64,000 nucleotides of DNA from Alphaproteobacteria bacterium. GTDB taxonomy: Bacteria; Pseudomonadota; Alphaproteobacteria; MPNO01. Position numbers and translations under genes: made by a program. Within the stretch, counting starts at the first letter, position 1, and each line of letters begins with the position of its first letter. The stretch covers positions 160,001 through 224,000 of the forward strand of contig CBDFLJ010000001.1 of assembly GCA_965248835.1 (NCBI GenBank). The letters run 5' to 3'. Of this stretch, positions 27,404-39,863 are shown one piece after another. The notes below the pieces were generated by a model that did not search any database, had not been told where the DNA came from, and saw nothing but the letters and a program-made list of their open reading frames with translations.

Positions 27404-30400
27404 GTGAACCTAAACGAATTAATCGCAGATACCAGGACGTCGCTGGACAAGACTATCAAGCAGCATATTGAGGCGGCGGGCTTCAGGCGCGATCAGAGAC
27501 AGCTTGCACGTTTTAAGTTCTGGACTGGAGCCGGCAATCAGCCACATCTGTGGGAGCATCAAAAGGCGGCTATCGCGACCGTCACCGCTTACCTCAACGG
27601 CGACAAGTCCATTCCGGAGCGGCCGGATCACACCGAGGCGGCGCTGCTAAAGCTTCCCACCGGCACCGGCAAGTCCGGCATCATCGCCGTCCTTGCCCGG
27701 TGCCTCCCGGCGATTCGCAAAGTCCTTATCCTTACCCCTCGTACAGCGTTGACCGAACAGCTCCTGCACGACATCAGATACCGTTTCTGGGGACATCTCG
27801 GCTACGAGATTCAGGACGGGGAGCTCTTCACTGCGGAGGCGGCCGCGTTCGGTGCAGCGCTTGAAAATGTCTATACCGAAACGTTTCTGCCGAGCCGCTG
27901 CCAGAGCATGTCCTTGCATCTGGAGACCTCTAACAACCGGGAGATTTGACGAAGATTTCGGTGTGCTGTCCGACTTTCGCTGAGATCGGCGGTGTTGACG
28001 TCCGCAATCCTCCGCCGTTTCGTTCTCGGCGGAGGGTTTTGGCGCTATTCGGGCGGACTCATGCCATGGCGGCGCTGCGCTCATGGAAGATCAGACGCTG
28101 GAAATTATAAGCCAGGTTGGCGAGGCCGATCTTGGCCGCCGCCCGCTCGAGCCCGATGGTACGGACGAACAGGCCCATGCGATCCTTCTGCTGGGCGAAG
28201 ACGTGCTCGACATGCGCACGGACCGCTGACTTGCGGGCATTGGCCCGGGCGGTCGCCTTGGGCATGGCCCGGCCCGGCGGCTTCTTGCGGTGGATGTGGG
28301 AGACCCGACCCTTGCCGGCCAGCCACGCCTCGTTGGCCTTCGAGCGATAGGCGCTGTCGGCCCACACGCCGGCGGCCAGATTGTCGCCGGTGACGAGATG
28401 ACGCAACATCTTGCCGTCATGGCGGGCGGCATCGGTCACTGCCGAGCTGCGGATGAAGCCGTAGGCCCGGTCGATGACGATGTGGGCTGCGCGGGCTTAC
28501 GCCGCGCCACTGGCGCGACGGTCCTGCTCGCTGTAGCCGAACACCGGGATCGCGATGTCGGGCATGCGCCGTTGCGCCCCGGCGGGGTTCTTGCGCCGCC
28601 CGGTCTTCACCGTCCACCGCGCATCCGTGTCCTTCTGCGCCGCCTTGGCCGGCTGATCGGGCCAGATCTCGGATGCTCTCTTGCCTGCCTTGATCGCCGC
28701 CTTCTCGTCGTCGCTGTTGCGCTGCTTGGGCGCCGATACCAACGTCGCATCGACGATCTGCCCGCCCATCGCCAGATAGCCGCACCGGCGCAGTTCGCCA
28801 TCGAAGGCGGCAAACAGCTTATCCATCGCCCCGGCCCGGACCAGACGCTCGCGAAAGATCCATATGGTGTTGCGGTCCGGCGTCGGCGCTCCGAGATCGA
28901 AGCCCAGGAAGCGAAGCCAGCTCAAGCGGTCGCGGATCAGAAACTCCATCCGCTCGTCGCTCACCGTGTGCCGCGCGGCCAGGATCAGTACCTTGAACAT
29001 CGCCACCGCATCGTAGGCCGGGCGGCCGCCTTTCGATCCGTCCGAATAGCCCAGCGCCGCCTCAAGCGGCGCGCGGAAAATCTCGAAGTCGACGACCTGC
29101 GCCAGCACCTCCAACGGATCACCCGTCGCCGATAGCTTCCGAAGATGATCCGGTAAGCCGAACAGACCAGCCTGCCTCATCAATACCCCCACTCGAATCG
29201 AACCACCGTAGAGAATCACAACCAGGCAAAATTCGCGAGGTAAATGGAGGCGTCCATCTTGACGACGTGGACCGTGCCATTCTGGTCGGCACGCATCAGG
29301 CGCTTGGCAACATCCGCAAGTCCGCTTGCGATCTGGATGAGCCTGATGAAGCTAGCCGTCGACTGCTCGATCAGATCAAGAACAGCTTTCATCTCGTTAT
29401 CGTTGATGAAGGACACTACGAACCGGCGGTATCGTGGTCACGCGGGGTCAGGGGCTTCAACCTGCCGACCCTGCTGCTGAGCGCCACGCCGTACCGCAAT
29501 GATTATAAGTCCTTCCGGGTGCGCGGCCGGTACGTCTTTAACTACCCTTACGCTGATGCCGTCCGCGATCGGATCATCCGCCCGGCCGAGATCGTGATTC
29601 CTAATATTGCTCCGGAAGGCGAGCGGCCGGCAGCGGTGAAACAGTTTGTGCGGATGCTCAGTGCGGAGTTGCCGCCACGGCTGGCGCAGACCGCGCGGTG
29701 GTTCAATGACGAAGACGCCATGCCCAAAGTGATGGTGCGCGCGGACGATCTCGATACTCTGGAACTTCTTCAGGCCGAGATCGACCGCGTCTTCGATACC
29801 CGGTCGGTGCTGGTACATGATCGCGCCAAAAAGACGGATCAGAATCCGAACAGATTCACGTCCGTATCGTCGGCCATCCGGGCGCGCGAAGATGCGCAAT
29901 TCTGGGTGCACCAGAGCAAACTGATGGAGGGCATCGATGATCCGTCCTTCGTCGCGGTGGCGATATTCGATCTGATGGGTAACGCCCGCCAGCTTGTGCA
30001 GCAGATCGGCCGCGCGACGCGCTATTCCAAAGGCGACAGGCGGCTGCGGCAAACCGGCTGGGTGTTCGGATCACCCGCCAATGCAAATCGTATTCAAACA
30101 TCCTGGAATCGCTACATCTCCTATGAAGAGTATGTGGCCCGCAACACCGCCTTCGTAGTGACCAATGAAGTCACCCTGCCGGATCGCCTTCTCGACTATA
30201 TGGCCGACTATCAGTACATCAGCGGCGAGTTCCGGGGACGATTCGAAGTTGAAGCGCCGCTTGCGGCACATGACATTCAGCTGCCGCGCTCCGCGGCTGT
30301 TCTGAGCCTGCGGGCACCGTTGGCCGACATTGCCGCGATAGCGGACACGGTTGAAGAGGCGATCATGGACAAGGATCGCTTCAAGATCACACCGATCGAG

Positions 30401-32104
30401 GGAATGCCCGAAAACGCAATCGGCTTTTCCTACTATGCGTGGCGCAATTCCTCTTACCCGGTGGATCGCTTTTTCTCGGAATGGAAGCTCGGCATCTTTA
30501 TCGCGGTGAAGCAGGGTCAGTTTGTCTTCATGCACGATACGGAAGGGCTGGTCGTCGATATGGACCGCCTCGGTTTGAAAAGGGCCGGCCGCTCCCTGAT
30601 GGAGAAGGCTTTCCCTGCGCAGGATGACGACACGACGACGAGGCTCTCGCGCATGTCGTTCTCATCGCTCGAGATGTCGCAGCAGACGATCCGCAGCATG
30701 GCGCTACGGACCCGTTCTTTCGAGGATGTCTTCACGGACCTGCTTGAACCCTCGCTTGTGCCTGCGACAGCCTTCGGCTTTGTGAACGGCATCGGCCGTT
30801 ATGTCGGATTTGCCCGCGCGCGCCTCCGCGAGGCGGTAGAGCGTTACGTCCCGACACAGGCGTATTTCGACTGGACAGCGCAGGTTGCGCGGGAGCTTGC
30901 CGACGCAGAGCGGAAAAGAAGCAACGTCTTTGGACGTTACGCGTCGGTGGTCGATGGTCTGTCGGAGGACGATGCCCAGCCCGTGTCCATTCTTCTCGAC
31001 CCGTCCCAGGATATGTTTCTCGATATGCGCGAGGACGAGGCTGTCGCGGCGGCCGCGATGGCCCAAGAGGATGTCGATTACGACGATCTTTGCGCAGATG
31101 TCGATCCGGAGACCGGTGGGTTTCTTGCCAGGATCAAAGCCGAGGATGTCCCGTGCACGATCGAGTACCAGGAGAAGACCGGTAAATACCGGCTTTACAG
31201 CGAGCGGCTCAACGAGCTGTTCCCGGTCAAGGAGGTCGATGGCCGGCGTCAGGGACAACCGCTCGTTCAGCGCCTGAATCAGGCCCAGGCGTTTCGGGTG
31301 CTGGTGCAGCGTAACGGCGTCGTCTATTCCGAAGGCAGCTTCTATGAGCCGCGCCTGCACTGGGTAACAGATAACGGCGCCCAGCCGGTGCTCGATTACA
31401 TCTTCGCGGCGGGCAGCCTGGTTGCTGTCGAGTCCGAAAAGGGCGAAGGCTATTTTGCGGCTGATCGCGCAGAGTGGCACAGGCGGTCGATATTCGGGCT
31501 GTTCGAAGCCGTCGCTGAAGGTCGGCTCGAAGCGCTGGGCATCGAAGCCGACGATCTCACAAACGCGATTTCCGGCTATCCAATATGGCTGTGCGACGAC
31601 GATTCCCAGGAAATCACCGATTTCATCGGCGCTGACGAGGAAGGTAAGCGGCTTGTGTTCGTTCACGCCAAGACGGGTGACATGGCTCCCGGCGGTCAGG
31701 GCTTCAACGTGCCAAGCCTTCAAGTGGTTGGCCGTCAGGCCCTTGCCAGTCTGGGATTTATCTCACGAGGAGATGCCTCGCCCAAATGGTCTGCAGAGCG
31801 CTGGGCCGATGACGTTCAGGCCAATGCCGTCAGGCTGGCAGGGCGCAACCGCATCTTTCGCAGTCCTCAAGGGTTGACCGCTGCCGCCCTGAATGAGCGG
31901 CTGTGCCAAGCCTGCCGTAACCCGTCCTTCGACAAAGAAATCTGGATTGTCGGCGCAAACATGACCCGGCGCGCGGCGTTGGCCGCAGGCCTCGCGGCGG
32001 GTGAACCCTTCAACAACCGCCTCCGTCAGTTCCTGATGCACTGGGACGCGCTGCAGACCGCATGCGCCCGCGCCAGCGTACGGCTTAGATATTATTGCTC
32101 CTGA
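27404..32104 (+). pseudogene. SF2 (ResIII-like) helicase with C-terminal PD-(D/E)xK-like nuclease, about 1120 aa, interrupted by an IS5
   Basis: LWEHQ, PTGTGKS | VDEGH, SATP, EGID, QQIGRATR; C-terminal EITDFI...FVHAK. Removing the IS restores the frame (SLHL-DDVDRA). Confidence 0.85.
27922..29255 (-). mobile_element. IS5-family element; transposase inactivated by an in-frame stop
   Basis: Imperfect IRs GGAGACCTCTA / GGACGCCTCCA; 4-bp TSD ATCT (27918-21 and 29256-59); ORFs 28497-29219 and 28059-28439 (IVDAT, RAHVEHVF). Confidence 0.88.
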
Positions 32105-32355
32105 ACCCGCCGACTAATCCCCGCTTCGCAGTGGGCTTCTGTCGAGCCCGGATTGAAGGGCACCGGATTTTCCGCCGGGACCACCGTGCGGTGATTCAGG
32201 TCCTTCAAGTGACCGTCAATCAGGTCATAGCCGTGCACGCCGTTCACCAGGCGGAGCAGTTCGGCAATGACGGCAGCGCCGGCGATTGTGCCGACGAAAG
32301 GCGCTCCGACCGCCCGCCCGGCGAGCTGCGTCAGCCCGCAGCGATCAGCGCCCAA
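32092..32355 (-). pseudogene. C-terminal fragment of a ThiF/E1-like protein
   Basis: DRCGLTQLAGRAVGAPFVG..A..VIAELLR. Confidence 0.5.
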
Positions 32356-32538
32356 TGATCAAAATCGCCACAATCCGTATCTGGTTGCGAGCTTATGAGG
32401 CCACGGCCTAATCCGCCAAGGCTGCCCACCCCGGAGGATTACGAATCATATGCTCACAGCTGCGCCCCACTTTGAATCCGCGTGATTCCCAATAGATTCC
32501 CAATCACAAACTCTTTGCCACACTCTAAACATGAAAAA

Positions 32539-32565
32539 CCCCTGAAAATATTGTATTTTCAGGGG
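32539..32565 (-). terminator. intrinsic terminator-like hairpin after the tRNA fragment
   Basis: CCCCTGAAAATA-TTG-TATTTTCAGGGG, 12-bp stem, followed by a T-run on the minus strand. Confidence 0.7.
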
Positions 32566-32571
32566 CTTAAT

Positions 32572-32617
<46 letters not shown>

Positions 32618-32654
32618 TTCTGATAATGCCGATCGACCTGAAAGTATCAGGCTT

Positions 32655-33239
32655 TCATTCACAGCCATTGTGCCTTCGCCACATCACTGGATCGTGCCCC
32701 TGGGGCACATCGGCGCAAGGATCGGAGACATACCCCCGTAGCTCTTTGTATCGTGCAATTTGATTCTCGGTCAGCAGAGCCGGGGTGCTCAGATGCGTGG
32801 CGAGATGAATATGTCGGAGCTTCGACCGGCTTTTCTCGATGCCCGCCAACATCGCGCGCAGATTTTGATTTGTGACTGTGCGGGACCGAAATGCCTCTTC
32901 AAGTGCCTGCTCTCGGGCAATGAAGTGCTCACCCTCGGCGATGGCGTCCGCGCGCATACGCTCAAAGATCGCAGTGATCGCCGACACCTGGTCATTAGAC
33001 AGCGGAATCTCGTTCTTCAACTCGAGTAGATGGGCAGGGCCGGGCATGCCGTTCAGCTCCGCCACCTTGGCAAGACCCCAGCCACCACCTTGCCTGAGCT
33101 CAGCGATGTCTTCATGCGAGAGGCTCTTGATGGGTCGTGCCTCCTGGCCGGCATAAGGCGATGACGGAGTGTTGCCACCTTGAGCAACCACCACGCCGGA
33201 AAAGGACAGGAATAGAGAGACGAGCATGAGGCGCTTCAT
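32655..33239 (-). CDS. secreted Spy/CpxP-like helical protein
   Basis: Signal peptide; SPYAGQE.R.IKSLS, AELNG.PGP.H.LEL and LTENQIARY. Confidence 0.7.
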   Translation of the reverse strand: MKRLMLVSLFLSFSGVVVAQGGNTPSSPYAGQEARPIKSLSHEDIAELRQGGGWGLAKVAELNGMPGPAHLLELKNEIPLSNDQVSAITAIFERMRADAIAEGEHFIAREQALEEAFRSRTVTNQNLRAMLAGIEKSRSKLRHIHLATHLSTPALLTENQIARYKELRGYVSDPCADVPQGHDPVMWRRHNGCE

Positions 33240-33917
33240 CTGACAGCTCCTGGTTCGTGAATGTATGCCTGCGCGCCCCGGTCAACCAGTACCGGGTCCG
33301 TGAAGTCCGACCCCTGAGGCTCCCTGTTCTCGGTTGATTTCCAGAGGAACACGTTATGACTCTATGCCATTTTTGCGCACATGTGCCGGTTGGAACGTTC
33401 GCACGGGCAATGGCTTCTTGTTGTCCCTCCCGGAACTATTCGACAGGGACGCGCTCCGAAGCGCGTTAGCAATTGCCAACTCGCTTGCGGTACGCTTACC
33501 GCAGCAACCATCAACGGGAAAATGTCAGAAAAACAGATTTTATAACAATGAGTTACGTGTAAGTGAAAAACTCTATAACGTTTGTGTCGACAGCGATCAC
33601 TGCGTGCCCGGATCGCCATAGATCAACGCCCGCAGTTCGCGCCGGGAATACCGCTCAAGCGGGTCGTTCCCATCCGGATTGCCCATTCTGAGATCGGGAA
33701 GGACGTATCCGCGTCGGAACCCGTCCTCGACCACCGTGCGCAGGGGCCGCCCGGTCTCTCTGGCATGGCGTTTGGCGTGAGCGCCTCCAGTTCCGATGAC
33801 CGGCGGTCGAGGTGCTTCAGGAGGGTGTCGAGCACCTGCATGCGCTTGCCGAACGTCTCGAGATGCCCGGCGATCCCTTCCTCCTCGCTCTTCAGCTCCG
33901 CCGCCACGGCACGAAGG

Positions 33918-35179
33918 TCACGCTGCCCGTCCTTGTGGGGCTTGAACGCATGCGTTCAAGGGCAAGGCGCGAAGCGGCTTGTCCATCATATCCACGGGCG
34001 GGCCGTCTCGGTATGCCTCGGCCGGGGTTCTTCCGCCCAGCGCCGCGTGGGGCCTCTCGGCGTTGTAAAAGCGGACCCAATCGCGGATCAGGTGCCGGGC
34101 CGTGAGGCCGTCGGCGATCTCGTGCAGGTAGATCGCCTCGTATTTGAGCGAGCGCCACAGCCGTTCGATGAAGATGTTATCCATGAACCGGCCCCTGCCA
34201 TCCATCGAGATGCGCACGCCGGCCTCCTGCAGGCGGCCGGTGAAGGCGAAGCTGGTGAACTGGCTCCCCTGGTCGGTGTTGAAGATCTCCGGCGCCCCAT
34301 ATCGGGCCAGAGCCTCTTCGAGCGCCTCTGTACAGAAGCCCGCGTCCAGCGTGTTCGACAGCCGCCAGGCCAGCACATAGCGGCTCGCCCAGTCCATGAT
34401 CGCCACCAGGTAGAGGAAGCCACGCTGCACCGGGATGTAAGTGATGTCGGCGCACCAGACGTGGTTCGGCCGCTCGATCGCCAGGCCCCGCAGCAGATAC
34501 GGGTAAACCCGGTGCTCGGGGTGCGGCGCGCTGGTCCGCGGCGCCCGCCAGATCGCCTGAAGCCCCATCAGGCGCATCAGCCGTGCGGCCCGCCGGCGCC
34601 CGATACGCACGCCCTCGCGGCGCAGGTGAAGCACCATCCGGCGGGCGCCGTAAAACGGGTACTTCAGGAACAGCTCGTCGATCCGCCGCATCAACGCCAG
34701 CGTCTCGACGCTCTCCCCCTTCGGCTCGTAGTAGAGCGAGGAGCGCGCGATCGACAGCAGGCGGCATTGCCGGCTCAGGCTCAGCGCCGGGTGATCACGC
34801 ACCACCATCGCGCGCCGCTCCGTCCGGCTCATCGAACGGGCCCGCGCGACAAAAAATCCCGCTCCACGATCAGCTCGCCGATCTTGGCGTGAAGATCGCG
34901 CACCGCGCGCTCATGGTCCCGGGTCCGCCGCTCGGCGTCCTTCGAGAACACTTCAGCCAAGCCCTCGACCGCCTGGCGCTTCCATGCGCCGACCTGGTTC
35001 GGATGGACCTGGTACTGCGCAGCAATCTCCTGAAGCGTCCGCTCGCCCCGAAGCGCTTCCAGTGCCACCTTCGCCTTCAGCTCCCCCGAAAACCGGCGTC
35101 GCTTGCTGCTCATCTGCATTCCTCCGTCAGACGGGGGAATACACCTTATCGAACTGTCCGAATTTCCGGGGCCACCTCA
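33918..35179 (-). mobile_element. IS3-family element (orfA 34829-35113, orfB 33918-34832); right end not seen
   Basis: IRL TGAGGTGGCCCCGGAAATTCGGACAG; WCADITY, TDQGSQFTS and ERLWRSLKYE; T6 slippery site near 34855. Confidence 0.9.
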
Positions 35180-35394
35180 GTTCTTGGAAACCCTCAAATC
35201 CCGGGCGAGCTTCTTGATCGGAACGCCCTTCACCAGATGATCCCGACGGATCCGCGCAATCGTCTCCACAACCAGCATCTCCCCCCACCCCGTCCGTCCA
35301 ATGACGAGGTGTCTTCATGGACACAAACCAAGGGGGGTCAATTTTGGATGCCGATCACCCCCAATAGGGGGTCAATTTTCCACGCTTAACAACA
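35180..35394 (-). mobile_element. IS21-family left end with istA start, cut by the IS3
   Basis: Terminal TGTTGTTAAGCG, repeated AAAATTGACCCCC; MLVVETIARIRRDHLVKGVPIKKLARDLRVSKN from 35278. Confidence 0.78.
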
Positions 35395-36017
35395 TCTCGG
35401 TCCGGATGGGCCGCAACGTCGCCTATCTCCACCAGTTCCTCAGCCGCGGTCAGCCCAGGGTGCTGGGCTACAAGGACAGCGAGATGCTCGCCGAGATGCT
35501 CGGCTGCGACGCGGACGAGCTCCGCCACGACACAGTGCCCAGGCGAAAGCAATCGAAGAGAAAGCGCCGCCCGGCCCCGGCCGAGCTTCCCGGCGTGCCG
35601 CTCTCGAGCGTGCCCGAGATGGAGGTCGAGGCCTCCGCGGGGCCGGGCGCGCTCGCCGACGAGTTCGTCATCGAGAAGGCGCGCTGGTTCCTGCCCGAGG
35701 GGATGATCCGCTACGAGGGCGATGCGAGCCCGGACGATCTCCGCATACTCAGGGCGCGGGGAGATTCGATGGAGCCCGAGATGCGCGAGGGCGACCGGCT
35801 CAAGGTCGACGTCGCCCGGCGGCTACCGGCTACCGGGGAGATGTTCGTCTTATGGGACGGCGCCGGTCTCGTCGTCAAGCGCATCGATCATGTGCGCGAC
35901 GCCGACCCGCCCCGGCTCCGGCTGAAATCCACGAATCCGGACTATGACGACTATACCTGCGATCCGAGGGAAGCCCACATCGTCGGAAAGGTGCTGTGGA
36001 CCGTCAAACGAGTCTGA
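35395..36017 (+). pseudogene. phage-type HTH/S24 peptidase repressor, 5' end truncated by IS21
   Basis: GRNVAYLHQFL.RG.PRVL, RGDSMEP, VVKR and IVGKV. Confidence 0.8.
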
Positions 36018-36248
36018 TCCAAGCAACCCCTAAGCAGTTCTGCCTGCCGGACCTTGTGCGTGGTTGTCCGCCGAGTTGGCAGAACGCATCGCCTGTGAAT
36101 GTCTCCGTAACCCTCTATCTGGCTCGGCGTTGGCCCAAACCCAAGCAGGCATCACCACCAGAATTCGGGATAAGCGTTGGTCATCTTGCCAATCTTGTAG
36201 TAATTTCCACCCAAGTTCAGCAATCTCGACCTTGGGGCGAGGCAGTCG

Positions 36249-36455
36249 ATGTTCGACGCAGACGTCATGACCGTGCGCGAGGTGGCTGAGTACCTGAAGG
36301 TCAAGGACCGCACGATCTATCGCTTGGTTGCCGCCGGAGACATCCCGGCATTCAAGGTCGGCGGGTCTTGGCGGTTCAGGAAGGGAGAAATCGACCAGTG
36401 GACCGAAGCACACGCAATCGGGCTGGATGACGCGGTGGATAGGGCGGAGCGCTAG
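36249..36455 (+). CDS. excisionase-like HTH_17 DNA-binding protein
   Basis: MTVREVAEYLKV..RTIYRL...IPAFKVGGSWRF. Confidence 0.88.
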   Translation: MFDADVMTVREVAEYLKVKDRTIYRLVAAGDIPAFKVGGSWRFRKGEIDQWTEAHAIGLDDAVDRAER

Positions 36456-36839
36456 CAATAACAGTCCCAACGATTTTCGCGTCGGCAAGGAAAATGTCGA
36501 ATACCTCCACCCGGTACGTGTCAATTACGGTAACCGGACGTGCGCAGAACCTACCCTGTCGTCATCTGAGTCCACCGTTTCAACGACAATCGGACATCCC
36601 TTCGATCACCGCTACTGCCAGCAGGGCGGCGTCGGTGAGGCTCGCCTGGAGACATTTGACTCATAGGCATACGCATCACTGGCAGGCCAAGGCCAGATCG
36701 TGCTGCCCTCGACGGGTCGCCGGCGCCCGTAGTTTCATTGTGGAGGAGTTGGCTGGGGGGCGAATTTCGGAGACGAGTGGCCCGAAACCACCCAGCAGGG
36801 CAGAGCCATGGTGAATCCGCGAGTCGACGAGGTGCCCCG

Positions 36840-39800
36840 ATGAGTGTTCCGATCGACGAGATTAGCATCCACGTCAACCCCTTTGTGACGCGGCTAATCC
36901 GGCTCCAGCAAGACGGTAAGGAGGCAATCAGCGGCCCCGCGAACTGGCGTGAGCCGCCATTGCTCGACATCGCTACCGACTCCAACGATGCCATCGATAC
37001 GCTCCTAAAGGCGATGTGCCCATCGCCTGGGGACGCGCCTCATCGGGGTCGATGGCACTGGCTGATCGGTTCACCGGGAAACGGGAAGTCCGCCAAGCTC
37101 GGCCTGCTCGCTCGCCGCTTGCTAGAGCGCCGCTACGAGATTGTCTCCGAAGACGGCGTGGTGATCGGGGAAAGCGACGCGGACTGGCTACCGTACCTGC
37201 TCGAGGTCCGCGAAGAGGGAAAGCCCTACAGGTTTGCCTACCTCGTGCAGGATGCCTCCGTCGTCCGGAACCCCTTCGGTGCTGTCTGCAATCCTGCGGA
37301 AGATCTCGCGGCCGTTCTCAGGCTAGCTGCCGCGCGCGGTACGTCCCTTCTGGTGTGCACGAACTGGGGCGTACTACAGCGCCTCTTTGACCTGGGGCAC
37401 ACGGACCGAGGGGTGCGAGAGGAGCCCTGGTTTCGCGCCGTGAGCGGGGCAATTCAGAAGAGTGAGAGCGGCGTGACAGTCCGCGCGGGTGGCAGCACTT
37501 CCGGCGAGAAGACGGTCTTCGACGAGCTGGAGGTCACGTACGAATTCCTCGATAACCGTAGCCTGCTGGTCAACAGTGACGTCTTTGAACGCCTCTTCGA
37601 GAAGGCGACCGTTGAACAGAATTGGGATGCATGCTCCGGCTGCCCCTCCATGTCGTTGTGCCCCTTAAAGGCCAACCGAGACGATCTTGCGTCGGACGGT
37701 GTTCGCCGTAACGTCCTCGACATCCTGCGAAGAGCAGAGGTGCTGGACGGCCAGATCATCGTTTTCCGCGAGGCCGTGGCGCTCCTTTCCGTGCTACTGG
37801 CCGGATGCCCAGATGACCACGGGGGCGGTACGCCCTGCGAGTGGGTCCACGACCAGGTGCAAGGCAACAGGCTCTTCAACCTACTCGCTCGTCGAGTTCC
37901 TTCGATCCTGTTCGGGGCCACGAGATCACACGGCCTCGAAGGCCCTGAACGCCACAGCCCGGGTACGATAGCCAGTCGGCGTGACCAGATCTCCGCGCTG
38001 GAGGCAATCGATGGCTTACTCTGTGGCACGTCGCCCGTCCGTCAGGCACTCGCCGCCGTGACGCGGTCCGGAGAGCTGTCCACAGACGTCGGCGTCGAGC
38101 GGTTGCTGGGGCCGGATGGCGCGATTCCAGCTCTCGACCCGTCGATTGAGCCTCGACATGCCGTCGAACTGGACGAGTTCGTCGCGATCGCTACCTCTGC
38201 CCGATCCGCCGATGTGTCAGGAGACAAGTCTTCTTCCCCCGGGATGCGAGCGATCGAGGAACACTGTCTACGGGCTTGGGAGGAAATCTTCGACGCGATC
38301 GCCGCGAAAGGTGATCCAGTGACCGGTCAAGACCTTTACTTTTGGGCACGCCGCTGGCAGACGACTTGCCTCGCTTGGATCGCGGCTGTGACACGTGGCC
38401 TGACGGCGCTTCAGCCGGAGTTGGACAACTACCTTGCGTTCCTCAAGACACATGGAGAGTCGGCTGGGCGACTGGCCACGATAAAGAAGCTTGAGGACGT
38501 CTTAGAGCCCTTCCGGAAAGTTCTTGAATCGGAAGAATCGTTTGTGATTCTGTGCTGGGCATCCGGTTTACAGGAGGAAGCCCGATGTGGACTGCGGAAC
38601 ACCGCCGCGCGGCGGAGCGTCGCGGACTTCGCTATCCGAGTGATCTGACCGACGCCGAGTGGGCGCTGATCGCGCCAATGATCCCGCCTGCCAAGCGCGG
38701 CGGGCGCAAGCGCTCAGTCGACGTGCGCGAGGTTCTGAACGGCATCTTCACCGTGCTGTCCACGGGCTGCCAGTGGAATGCACTGCCCAAGGATCTGCCG
38801 CCGAAGTCGACGGTGTACGACTATTTCGATCTATGGGAGTGGGATGGCACGCTGGAGCGGATCCATCATGAACTCTACGTCGCGGTGCGCGATGAGGAAG
38901 GACGCGAAGCCAGCCCGTCGGCCGCGGTCATCGACAGCCAGAGCGCCAAGGCGGCGCAAAAAGGGGGGCGTCGATCGACGATCAAGGCTTCGATGCGGGC
39001 AAGAAGGTCACCGGTCGCAAGCGGCACATCATGGTCGACACGCTCGGCCTGATGCTGGGCATCGTGGTGCATTCCGGCGACGTTCAGGATCGCGACGGTG
39101 CCCACGAGCTCTTGCGCCGCACCCGGCGACGGTTCCCATTCATCGAGGTGATCTACGCCGACGGCGGCTATCAGGGACCGAAGATGGCCGCGACTGTCGC
39201 CAAGACCGGGGGGTGGCGGCTCGAGATCGTCAAGCGCAACGACGTGCCCCGCTTCGAGGTGCTGCCAAAGCGTTGGATTGTCGAACGCACCTTCGCCTGG
39301 ATCAGCCGCAACAGGCGCCTCGCTCGCGACTTCGAACGTCACGTTCGATCCGTCGTCGCCTTCATCCGACTCGCCATGATCCGCATCATGCTGCGCAGAC
39401 TCGCCGCAACCCACTCACCATAGATTCAAACTTTCCGGATCGGCTCTTAGAGAAGTTGCTCGCTCCTCGAGAACTCAACGGTGACAGTGACGTGCACGTC
39501 GAACTGGCGACGTCTCTCTGGCTAACGGGTCGATGGGCTGAGTTAGAGTTCAGACCCCGCCTCCAACACGACGGTGCCAGCGACAGTAACGCCTTGCTCG
39601 TCAAGATGAGCGAGTTCCATCCATTCGTCGTCACCGCAGAGACGTTTACATGGCTAAGTCGACAACACGAGCTGAATCTGAGCGACCTGTCGTTCAACCC
39701 GGACGTCTTGGAGTCGCTCCGCCGAACACAGGCCCAAGCGGCTGCCGCGAGCCAATATTCCGTACAAGATGATGACGTCGCAATAGTCATAGTCGACGAA

Positions 39801-39857
39801 CAGGGTACCGAGCACCGGTTCGAAAGAACGCGGGGATTCCTCCTCGAAGCGGAGTAG
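36840..39857 (+). pseudogene. DptF/DndF-like P-loop ATPase (about 690 aa reconstructed), interrupted by an IS5
   Basis: GSPGNGKS, VQDAS, CTNWGVL and CSGC....CPLKAN; excising the IS gives in-frame EDVL-EKLL. Confidence 0.7.
38505..39446 (+). mobile_element. IS5-family element (DUF4096 type, programmed frameshift)
   Basis: IRs GAGCCCTTCCGGAAAGTT / GAGCCGATCCGGAAAGTT; TSD TTA; YPSDLTDAEW, AAAAAAGGGGGG slippery site and RWIVERTFAW. Confidence 0.92.
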
Positions 39858-39863
39858 CTGTAG

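Noticed and set aside
33330-33600. AT-rich stretch as a possible dif/res site or sRNA
   Set aside because: No convincing XerC/XerD consensus or stable structure by eye.
36738-39857. ORFs 36738-38648 and 38778-39857 as independent genes
   Set aside because: Both are chimeras of one gene with IS sequence, shown by the IRs and TTA duplication.
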